From a virus: a DNA stretch of 64,000 nt. A model generated the notes under the pieces. That model was not told the origin of the DNA. It did not search any database and was given only the letters and a program-made list of their open reading frames with translations. The DNA is taken from IMG/VR virus record IMGVR_UViG_3300045988_098233, positions 6,748-70,747 of that record; one strand, written 5' to 3'. Made by a program: the position numbers and the translations under genes. Below, piece by piece: positions 55,577 through 62,713 of the stretch (positions are counted from its first letter, which is position 1; the number at the start of each line of letters is the position of its first letter).

Positions 55577-55639
55577 GCAGACGTCCAAGCCGCGGCCGAT
55601 CACGCGGGGAGTTGGGGACATCTCCAACCGTCTGCACCA
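55577..55639 (+). ncRNA. acceptor-stem module 2
   Basis: Same GCAGACG...CGTCTGC-A-CCA ends. CCGCG-GCCGATCA-CGCGG arm and a 7-bp GTTGGGG/CTCCAAC tetraloop hairpin. Confidence 0.35.
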
Positions 55640-55817
55640 TGGCAGGGAACGTTTTCGGGTGATGCGTCTCTGCCACTGCTCCATAAATATATAAGCTGCG
55701 GCCCGCAAAAGCAGCTCGCCTCCGGCAACTGGTCCTTGCCCTTGACGCCCCGGTGCAATTCCGGTTGGGCATAGGACCCCTCGCACCTCTCAACGATGTG
55801 TCCAAAGCGGGACATTT

Positions 55818-55889
55818 GCAGACGTAGCTCAGTAGGCAGAGCACCGCGCCAGGAGGTATGCGCTGGTTCAAGTCCAGCCGTCTGCACCA
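55818..55889 (+). ncRNA. acceptor-stem module 3: tRNA-like with normal D and T arms but aberrant anticodon arm
   Basis: GCAGACG TA GCTCAGTAGGCAGAGC A ... GCTGG-TTCAAGT-CCAGC CGTCTGC A CCA. Only 18 nt (CCGCGCCAGGAGGTATGC) sit where a 17-nt anticodon arm plus variable loop should be. Confidence 0.45.
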
Positions 55890-56029
55890 CATCCAGCGCC
55901 GTGAGAAGTACACTCACAAACGGGTTGCCCGGAGATGGGCGCAGCAGGGCAACAGAAACGTGTACCTATGGGGGCCAACCGCAGGCAGCCGACACGCAGC
56001 GGTGACAGTCTGGAAAGACAGACAAACAT

Positions 56030-56104
56030 AGGGGTGTAGCCAAGCGGTAAGGCAAGGGACTTTGACTCCCTCACGCGCTGGTCCGAATCCAGCCATCCCT
56101 GCCA
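56030..56104 (+). tRNA. tRNA-Gln (UUG)
   Basis: Acceptor AGGGGTG/CATCCCT, D arm GCCAAGCGGTAAGGC (Gln-typical), anticodon stem AGGGA/TCCCT with loop CTTTGAC, T arm GCTGG-TCCGAAT-CCAGC, G73, CCA. Confidence 0.9.
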
Positions 56105-56132
56105 TTGAAATTTTAGGAAAGGAGGATGTCCC

Positions 56133-56408
56133 ATGAACAAGACTGAATTGATCGCCGCCGTTGCGGAGCGCACCGGCCACACCAAGCATGACACCGCTCT
56201 GCTGGCCGACGCTCTGTTCACCGTCATTGAGGAATCCCTGCTCAACGGCAGCGAGGTCAAAGTCCCCGGCTTCGGCAAGTTCGCCGTGAAGCACCGGGAA
56301 GCACGGGTGGGGAAAGACCCCCGCACCGGCGAGGAAAAGGAATTTCCCGCCAAAACGGTTGCGGTGTTCCGCCCCGCAAAGCCCCTGAAGGACGCCCTGA
56401 ACGGCTGA
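56133..56408 (+). CDS. hup: HU-family DNA-binding protein
   Basis: 91 aa. MNKTELIAAVAE...VKVPGFGKFAVKHREARVGKDPRTGEEKEFPA. Confidence 0.9.
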   Translation: MNKTELIAAVAERTGHTKHDTALLADALFTVIEESLLNGSEVKVPGFGKFAVKHREARVGKDPRTGEEKEFPAKTVAVFRPAKPLKDALNG

Positions 56409-56680
56409 TACCCCCATTGCGTAAATCGCCCACAGAAGCCCTGTAAGCGCCCCTTGAGTTTCGTGGGGCAGTTTTCAGCCCCTCGCCTCTCTCTTATCTC
56501 TCAGGCCGCTTGTGGGGTCGTCAGCGCAAGAATTTTAATCAAGACCATACTCATACCGAAAAAGGGGGAACGGTTTCCGTTTTGGAAAAGGTTCCTCCCT
56601 TTTTTATCTCGACATTCCATGCAAAAGCGCCTATAATTTCCCCATAAAAAGGAATTACACACCTGAAGGAGATTTTTACG

Positions 56681-56980
56681 ATGAAGATCATGAACCCCGC
56701 CGCCATGAACCGATACAACGCCCTGCGGGAGGCCGCCGGTAAGATCGACCGGCTGGTTCCTCAGGTCCGCTTGCTGGATCAGCCGCCCCACGAGAACCGG
56801 GAGAACGCCTCCGTTGCGCTGGAATTTCCCACTCCCCTTGTGGTCCTTAATTTCACCATCCGTCAGGCCCTCTCCTTCCTGTTCTGCCAGTGCGACACTG
56901 TGCAGACGGACAAGACGGACCGGGGCATCTGCTTCACCTTTACCGTCTCTGAAATCTGGATCACGGAGGAAACCACATGA
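56681..56980 (+). CDS. hypothetical protein
   Basis: 99-aa ORF downstream of TCGACA-17-TATAAT (56611-56639). Confidence 0.5.
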   Translation: MKIMNPAAMNRYNALREAAGKIDRLVPQVRLLDQPPHENRENASVALEFPTPLVVLNFTIRQALSFLFCQCDTVQTDKTDRGICFTFTVSEIWITEETT

Positions 56981-57171
56981 ACCTGAAAACCAATGTCACC
57001 CGCCGGGACTTCGCTTTCAGCGTCACCGCCGAGACCAAGGCGGGAGAGCTGCGGATGTTCGATCATACCGTGGACGCCGAAAGCGAGGAAGCCGCCCGCC
57101 TGCTCCTGATCTCCTATCTGGAAAGCCGGGGAATGGAGCTGGTGGAGGCCCGTCTGACCGGCGCGGAATAA
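56977..57171 (+). CDS. hypothetical protein
   Basis: 64-aa ORF with ATGA overlap. Confidence 0.45.
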   Translation: MNLKTNVTRRDFAFSVTAETKAGELRMFDHTVDAESEEAARLLLISYLESRGMELVEARLTGAE

Positions 57172-57184
57172 CGAGGTGCACTGC

Positions 57185-57484
57185 ATGAGTAATCAAAACG
57201 CCGACATGAAAGCACTGGCCGATAACTTCTGGAATAACTACTTTCGACCCAAGGTGGCGGATGCCACCCGCTCCTGTCTCCGTCTGGAAAAGGCCACCGT
57301 GAAAGCGGCCCCCAGCGGCGGCACCGTGGCCGTCCAGCTTCCCTTTGACGATACCGTGCTAAACCTGCCCTACGCCTCGTCACTCTCCGGTCTCACCGTC
57401 GGACAGGCCGTTTGGGTGGGCATTCCCTACTCCGACCTATCCAACGGCGTTGTGATGTTCGACGCCATCTTCCAGAACCTTTAA
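57185..57484 (+). CDS. hypothetical protein
   Basis: Start trimmed to MSNQNADMK. Confidence 0.45.
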   Translation: MSNQNADMKALADNFWNNYFRPKVADATRSCLRLEKATVKAAPSGGTVAVQLPFDDTVLNLPYASSLSGLTVGQAVWVGIPYSDLSNGVVMFDAIFQNL

Positions 57485-57496
57485 ACGGAGGAACCG

Positions 57497-57799
57497 ATGA
57501 AAAACAGATTAACGGTCAGACATGGGATGCTGTCCGACCTGAAAACGTATCTGACCCAAAGCGGCTGGAACCTTGAAGATCCCGTTGGCAAATACGAGGT
57601 TTTGCGGGCGCGGAATCTAAATTACCCGCGTCCGCTGCTCGTCCACAACCGCTCTGAGCGCGGAATCGGATACAGCATCGACGAGCGCGATATGAAGATT
57701 TACAGCGAATGGAGGCGAAACCGCCGCAAGCGGGGACTCTCTCCTGACTTTCCGACAGAGGAAGAAAACGCGGCATACTGGCGCGGAGAGGGCCTATAA
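57497..57799 (+). CDS. hypothetical protein
   Basis: 100-aa ORF. Confidence 0.5.
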   Translation: MKNRLTVRHGMLSDLKTYLTQSGWNLEDPVGKYEVLRARNLNYPRPLLVHNRSERGIGYSIDERDMKIYSEWRRNRRKRGLSPDFPTEEENAAYWRGEGL

Positions 57800-57872
57800 G
57801 CAAACAGTTAGCAAACACTTTGCAAAATCTAAGCAAGATTTAAGCAAGTTCTAAGCAAGCTAAAAAGCAAAG
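57796..57872 (+). repeat. seven helically phased (T)AAGCAA(G) repeats, 11-bp period
   Basis: GCAA cores start at 57800, 57811, 57822, 57833, 57844, 57855 and 57867. Confidence 0.6.
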
Positions 57873-57897
57873 CCGCCCACCACGGGCGGCTTTTTTT
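57868..57897. terminator. bidirectional intrinsic terminator
   Basis: GCCGCCC-ACCAC-GGGCGGC flanked by an A-run and T7. Confidence 0.6.
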
Positions 57898-58196
57898 CAT
57901 TTCGCAAATGTAATGGAAATAAAGAATAAAACGAATATTACCACACAGATCAAAAGCACAACGCTCCATTCAAGCCTTTCCTGATTGCCTTTCCCCTCGC
58001 GTCCGTTCTTGGGCGCAAAGCAGCTTGGATCGTCTGATTTTCCGTACAGTGCGCAAATATCGCTGTTTTGACAATCCGCACACCGGCGTTCCCGTTCAGG
58101 CAAGGAACGCCTTCGGCTCCTTTTGCTGTGTCGACTCCACCACCACAGGTTATACTCCCGCTTTGCGTTGTTTCGGAATCGCTGTCCTCTTATCAT
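57897..58196 (-). CDS. tail-anchored membrane protein (basic, Cys-containing)
   Basis: Start trimmed to MIRGQRF. C-terminal TM VVLLICVVIFVLFFISITF. Confidence 0.4.
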   Translation of the reverse strand: MIRGQRFRNNAKREYNLWWWSRHSKRSRRRSLPERERRCADCQNSDICALYGKSDDPSCFAPKNGREGKGNQERLEWSVVLLICVVIFVLFFISITFAK

Positions 58197-58227
58197 ACAT
58201 CTTGTCCCCTTTCGCCTCGCTTCCCCC

Positions 58228-58285
58228 TTGACTTTTGCCAGACAAAATGCTATGATACTTGTGCCAGACAAAATAGGAGGTGATC
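58228..58285 (+). promoter_or_regulatory. promoter with duplicated operator
   Basis: TTGACT (58228)-17 nt-TATGAT (58251). TGCCAGACAAAAT occurs twice, overlapping the spacer and the +1 region. Confidence 0.55.
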
Positions 58286-58291
58286 ATCCCC

Positions 58292-58468
58292 ATGTCTGCC
58301 GCAAAACTGGGCCGTCCCACAGACAACCCCCGCCCTCACAAAATCAGCATCCGCATCAATGACCGCAGCCAGCAGATTTTAGACACCTACTGCCGGGAGC
58401 AGAACGTCACGAAAACGGAAGCCATCGAGCGCGGGATCAAACTGTTGGCGACCGCCAAACCCATATAA
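58292..58468 (+). CDS. ribbon-helix-helix (CopG/MetJ-type) regulator
   Basis: Start trimmed to MSAAKLGRPTDNPRPHKISIRINDRSQQILDTYCREQNVTKTEAIERGI. AGGAGGTG RBS. Confidence 0.6.
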   Translation: MSAAKLGRPTDNPRPHKISIRINDRSQQILDTYCREQNVTKTEAIERGIKLLATAKPI

Positions 58469-58652
58469 AAATCCCCATGCTGCTCTATCTTGCCGGACGG
58501 ACAGCATGAGGAAACGGCAAATATCCGCAGGGACTCGCCAAATTCATTATGGCGCGGGCCTTGTGAAAAGTCAAGTATTCTGTCAAAAAGCCCCTTGTCA
58601 GCGGCTGGGACAATAAAGATAGAATACAGGAAAGATCAAGGAGGAATCCCCA

Positions 58653-59735
58653 ATGCTCAAGAGTTACTATTTTGACGCGGCGGCCCACGAACCGCCCTCC
58701 CCTGCCGCAGTTAAGGCGTTCACCCGCGCCCTGCCCCTCGGCAACCCCAGCGCCCTGCATGACCGCGGTATCGCCGCAAAACAGGCGTTGGAGCACGCAC
58801 GGGAAAGGATCGCCCAAGACCTGAACTGTCTCCCGGAGGAAGTCTACTTCACCAGCGGGGCCACGGAAGCCTGTAACTGGATGATGGAGACGCTGGAAGC
58901 GTTCTGCACGCACATCAAATTCCCCCGGCACTACGAGCACCACGCCGTTCTGGAATATCCCCCCGTGGATCATCCCCACCGCACGAACCGCACCGGCTTC
59001 ACCCATATGCTGGCCCACAACGAGACCGGCGAGATTTACGACATTCTCTCCATGCGGCGCAACGAGTCTGACGCCCTCTTTGCTGCCTGTGACGGTACTG
59101 CCGCTGTCGGTCATATCCCCGTGGACTTCAAGGCCCTTGGCGTGGACTATCTGGCTTTCGGTGCCCATAAGTTCGGCGGCATCGCCGGGATCGGCTGTCT
59201 GATCGTCCGTCGGGGCGCACCCCTGATCGCCATGATCCGCGGCGGAGCGCAGGAGCGGGGCAAGCGGGCGGGAACGGAAAGCGTGGCCCTCGCCTGTGCG
59301 ATGGCTGCCGCCCTCCATGAGCGCACTGTCCATATGGACGCTGACCGGGAACACCTTGCCAAATGCCGCGATCTGCTGATTTCCTATCTGTTGCGATTCA
59401 TCCCGGATACCTACGTCAACGGCTTTTATGAACCCGGCGATACGATCCGCCGTCTGCCCGGAAACGCCAACCTCTCCTTCTTGGGCGTGGAATCCCCCGC
59501 CCTCGTCATGGCCCTGTCTGCGGAGGGCGTGTACGCATCCTCCGGCTCCGCCTGTACCAGCGGGGAGGCAGGCGGAAGCTATGCGCTCCGGGCGATGGGC
59601 TACCCTGCCAGCCGTGCCAGCTCCGCTGTCCGCTTCACCCTGCCCCACACCGTCACCGAGGATGATGTGCTGGGCGCCGTCCCTTTGATCGTCAGCACCG
59701 TGGAAAAACTCCGTCGCCTGACCCCCACCCCCTGA
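58653..59735 (+). CDS. divergent class-V aminotransferase / cysteine desulfurase (NifS/IscS-like)
   Basis: 360 aa. FTSGATEA, HNETGEI, PLP-Lys FGAHKFGG, RAGTE, active-site loop SSGSACTSGE. Confidence 0.85.
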   Translation: MLKSYYFDAAAHEPPSPAAVKAFTRALPLGNPSALHDRGIAAKQALEHARERIAQDLNCLPEEVYFTSGATEACNWMMETLEAFCTHIKFPRHYEHHAVLEYPPVDHPHRTNRTGFTHMLAHNETGEIYDILSMRRNESDALFAACDGTAAVGHIPVDFKALGVDYLAFGAHKFGGIAGIGCLIVRRGAPLIAMIRGGAQERGKRAGTESVALACAMAAALHERTVHMDADREHLAKCRDLLISYLLRFIPDTYVNGFYEPGDTIRRLPGNANLSFLGVESPALVMALSAEGVYASSGSACTSGEAGGSYALRAMGYPASRASSAVRFTLPHTVTEDDVLGAVPLIVSTVEKLRRLTPTP

Positions 59736-59768
59736 TACCCGCCTGTTTAACTGGAAAGGACTGATTTT

Positions 59769-60776
59769 ATGGGAAGAACCTCTGCGCAGGAGCGCCGGGT
59801 CATGTCGGCCTTAGACTCATGGCTCCGCAACGTGCAGGCCAGCGGTGCGGCGGAGCGCACCGTCACCGCCTACGCCGCCGTCACAAACAGTTTTTATTCC
59901 TTCCTCGTGGAAAGCGGCCTTTCCACCGAGGAACCCACCTTCACCACCATGCAAGCCTACCGGGATCACCTCTTTGACCGGGGCCTTTCCCCTGTCTCCG
60001 TCCGGTATCATCTGGTGGTCCTCCGCTCCTTCTTCACCTACGCCAGTTCCCCGGAACTGGGCGAGGATCGCTTTTATGAGCAAAACCCTGTTTCCCTCTA
60101 CCTCATGCCCTCCCTCCGCAAATTGGGAAAGCGCCCCTATGACGTGCTGCTCACCGATGAGCAGGTCTGCAAGCTATGGCGGGATTCCCCCGTCCGCACC
60201 ACCCACCCGGAGAACTGGCCCCGGAATTACGCCATCGTGATCCTGCTGCTAACCACCGAACTGCGCAACGCCGAACTGCGGGCCTTGACCCCGGCGGACA
60301 TCGACTTGGAGGACGCCGCCCTCCGTGTGGAACACGGCAAGGGCGATAAATTCCGGGTGGTGGACCTGCCCGACATCGCCGTGATTGCCCTCCGCCATTA
60401 CCTCGCAAGCGGCATCCGCCCGGACGATCTCCCGGATACCGCCCCCGTGTTCGGCACCCTCCGTTCCGGCGAATGGAAGGCCGGCACAAAACAGTGGCTT
60501 TCGGAGCTGGTGGAGCGTCACGTCCGCTCTGTCACCGGCGTTCCTGACATCCGCAGCCACGATCTCCGCCACGTCGGCTCCCGTCTGGACCTCAATTCTG
60601 GTATGCCCGAAAATGAACTGCAAGCCAAATTGGGCCATGCCAGTCCCATCACCACCCAGCGTTATTCCGGGCGGCTCATGGACCGTTCCGGGCGGAAAAG
60701 CGCCAAGAAGGTCTTTGCCGAACGGGACTTGCAAGCCAAGCGCAGTGCCGACAAACTTGCCTCCTTTTCCGCCTGA
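59769..60776 (+). CDS. tyrosine recombinase (XerC/D-like)
   Basis: 335 aa. TTELRNAELRAL, VEHGKGDKFR, SHDLRHVGSR, LGHASPITTQRYSG. Confidence 0.85.
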   Translation: MGRTSAQERRVMSALDSWLRNVQASGAAERTVTAYAAVTNSFYSFLVESGLSTEEPTFTTMQAYRDHLFDRGLSPVSVRYHLVVLRSFFTYASSPELGEDRFYEQNPVSLYLMPSLRKLGKRPYDVLLTDEQVCKLWRDSPVRTTHPENWPRNYAIVILLLTTELRNAELRALTPADIDLEDAALRVEHGKGDKFRVVDLPDIAVIALRHYLASGIRPDDLPDTAPVFGTLRSGEWKAGTKQWLSELVERHVRSVTGVPDIRSHDLRHVGSRLDLNSGMPENELQAKLGHASPITTQRYSGRLMDRSGRKSAKKVFAERDLQAKRSADKLASFSA

Positions 60777-60878
60777 TCCCTCAACATTCACCCTGAAACC
60801 AAAACACACGTCCGTGCGTTCCGATCGCATGGGCGTGTGTTTTTATCGTGCGTTTTACGAAAGAAAGGACAATTCATT

Positions 60879-61526
60879 ATGATTTACGGCTATATCCGCG
60901 TCTCCACCGACAAGCAGACCTTGGAAAATCAGCGCCATATCATCCTCAATTACTGTGAAGTGAACGGGCTTCACATAGATGGCTGGATCGAGGAAACCAT
61001 CTCCGGCACCAAAGCCCCGGACAAACGAAAGCTGGGCCAGCTTCTCCGCCATGTCCAGCCGGGAGACACCATCCTCTGTTCCGAGATTTCCCGCCTTGGC
61101 CGCAGCCTGTTTATGGTCATGTCCATCCTCTCCCTCTGCATGAGCAAGCGCGTCAGCGTCCACACCATCAAGGACGGCTTTGACCTCAGTGATGATCTCC
61201 AATCCAAGGTCCTCGCCTTCGCCTTTGCCCTTGCCGCCGAGATCGAGCGTCAGATGATCTCCCAGCGGACGCGGGAAGCGCTGGACCTCCGCCGCAGTCA
61301 GGGTGTCACCCTTGGACGTCCCAAGGGCGCTCTGGGCAAGCACACGAAACTGTCCGACTATGAATCCACCATCCGCGTCCTGATCGAGCAGGACAATTCC
61401 TATGCGGAGCTGGCCCGACTGTTCCATGTGGACCGCTCCACCATGAAGCGTTTCTGCGACGCGCGGGACATCAAACGCCCCTTTTCCCGCAACGCCGCCG
61501 GGTTCATTTCCGATGTTGCGGGATAA
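60879..61526 (+). CDS. serine recombinase, DNA invertase type (Hin/Gin/Cin-like)
   Basis: Start trimmed to MIYGYIRVSTDKQ (catalytic Ser motif). Resolvase N-domain. C-terminal HTH (YAELARLFHVDRSTMKR). Confidence 0.9.
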   Translation: MIYGYIRVSTDKQTLENQRHIILNYCEVNGLHIDGWIEETISGTKAPDKRKLGQLLRHVQPGDTILCSEISRLGRSLFMVMSILSLCMSKRVSVHTIKDGFDLSDDLQSKVLAFAFALAAEIERQMISQRTREALDLRRSQGVTLGRPKGALGKHTKLSDYESTIRVLIEQDNSYAELARLFHVDRSTMKRFCDARDIKRPFSRNAAGFISDVAG

Positions 61527-61646
61527 CCCCCTCTATTTCGCCCGGAAACGCCCTCAGATGCCTTCTGATGCTTCCCTATCACCGTATATCCCCTGACCCG
61601 TCCTCACCCTCCTGCGCCCACCCCTGCCCCCGCCGTTGCCGTTTAT

Positions 61647-61769
61647 CGGCCGATAGTTTGGCCGGGAAGGAGCGTGGCTGATATGGCGTACACACCGACC
61701 GTCTGGAAGAACGGAGAATTTCCTCCGATTGATGCGGAACACCTCAACAAGATCGAACAGGGGATTGCC
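61647..61769 (+). repeat. inverted repeat, left arm (contains crossover site 1, GGCCGATAGTTTGG at 61648-61661)
   Basis: About 123 bp matches the reverse complement of 63527-63649 with a few mismatches. Covers the RBS and the first ~29 codons of the fibre gene. Confidence 0.8.
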
Positions 61770-62411
61770 AACTCTGCCCCCGGTGGGTTTGGGCTGGGTG
61801 GTGCGTCAAAGCTATTATCTGCTGCTGATGACTTGAATAATATTCGTATCACAGGCTGGTATGTCTGGTCCTATACTTCGCCTCCTCAAAATGCCCCGGA
61901 TAATAATTGGGGCAAATATGGTTGCTCAATGTACGTAGTTGCAACTGAACCGAATGGTTATGCAATCCAAACAGTATATGATTTAAGCGATGATATTACT
62001 CATGGATGTGCTATACAGCGCACTATATGCCCGAGTACATCTGGCAATATATATTATCCGTGGGAATGGATTAACCCGCCCATGCAGCTCGGCACTGAAT
62101 ACCGCACCACGGAGCGGTATCTTGGCAAGCCGGTTTACACGCAAATCGTACAATTCGACAATTTAAGTACAAACCAAGCTTTTGCTCCTGGCGGCGAAAT
62201 TTTCCGTGCGATTGGTGAATACCAGTACCCGGATTCTTCCGGTAAATACATACCAAACATGCCCACAAATCCTACTGGGGGAACGATGACCGCTAATAGC
62301 CCATACATGGAGTTTGGTGACAATTATAACAGAACGCTTAGAGTGCAGTTGAAATCGGACTCTCAATGCCTTGGAAAGAGTGCCCGCGTGCAAATGTGGT
62401 ACACGAAGTAG
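61683..62411 (+). CDS. tail fibre / receptor-binding protein, cassette A
   Basis: Start set at MAYTPTVWKNGEFPPIDAEHLNKIEQGI (GGAAGGAG RBS), the typical phage fibre N-terminus. The variable C-part has lower GC. Confidence 0.7.
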   Translation: MAYTPTVWKNGEFPPIDAEHLNKIEQGIANSAPGGFGLGGASKLLSAADDLNNIRITGWYVWSYTSPPQNAPDNNWGKYGCSMYVVATEPNGYAIQTVYDLSDDITHGCAIQRTICPSTSGNIYYPWEWINPPMQLGTEYRTTERYLGKPVYTQIVQFDNLSTNQAFAPGGEIFRAIGEYQYPDSSGKYIPNMPTNPTGGTMTANSPYMEFGDNYNRTLRVQLKSDSQCLGKSARVQMWYTK

Positions 62412-62419
62412 GTGGCTCT

Positions 62420-62593
62420 ATGGAAAACACCTGCATCTGTTGTGACGCTATTATTTCAGAAGGACGGCAAATCTGCGCTGATTGCGAAAGAGTAGGATGG
62501 GATATGAATAACAGCTGTGTATGCTGCGGGGCAATCATCCCCGAAGGCCGTCAGGTGTGTTTCAGTTGCGAAAGGAAATGGCCCACATTTTGA
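62420..62593 (+). CDS. small duplicated zinc-ribbon protein (fibre accessory/chaperone position)
   Basis: MENTCICCDAIISEGRQICADCE...NNSCVCCGAIIPEGRQVCFSCE, two copies of the same Cys motif. Confidence 0.5.
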   Translation: MENTCICCDAIISEGRQICADCERVGWDMNNSCVCCGAIIPEGRQVCFSCERKWPTF

Positions 62594-62627
62594 AAAGCCG
62601 GAGGGGATTTCCCTCCGGCTTTTTTTA
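62593..62627. terminator. bidirectional terminator between convergent fibre cassettes
   Basis: AAAAGCCGGAGGGGATTTCCCTCCGGCTTTTTTT. Confidence 0.7.
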
Positions 62628-62713
62628 GAACTCCGGCCACCGTCTCTCGCACAAAGGGCAAACCCACCGCCCCTCCGGCACAATGGCTCCACATATCACA
62701 CAATAGTCCATGG

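Noticed and set aside
55052-55917. Small ORFs across the tRNA island (e.g. 55214-55441, 55512-55913)
   Set aside because: They overlap hand-folded tRNAs and hairpins, lack RBSs, and have Arg/Pro/Gly-rich translations. The region is better explained as RNA genes.
58469-58652. A ~180-nt leader upstream of the cysteine desulfurase as a riboswitch or T-box
   Set aside because: It contains one hairpin (CATGCTG...CAGCATG), but nothing resembling the SAM, T-box or other consensus cores I know. It is left unannotated.
49297-59648. Long minus-strand ORFs (49297-50136, 51214-52491, 54018-54764, 58485-59648)
   Set aside because: They are antisense shadows of plus-strand genes (the 209-aa ORF, the DUF3560 protein, the 53916-54797 genes and the cysteine desulfurase). 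They have no RBS and implausible composition.
62333-62343. A fourth AACGCTTAG match to the conserved hairpin loop
   Set aside because: It lies inside the plus-strand fibre cassette A coding sequence, has no flanking complementary stems and is not followed by a terminator. It is a chance match.
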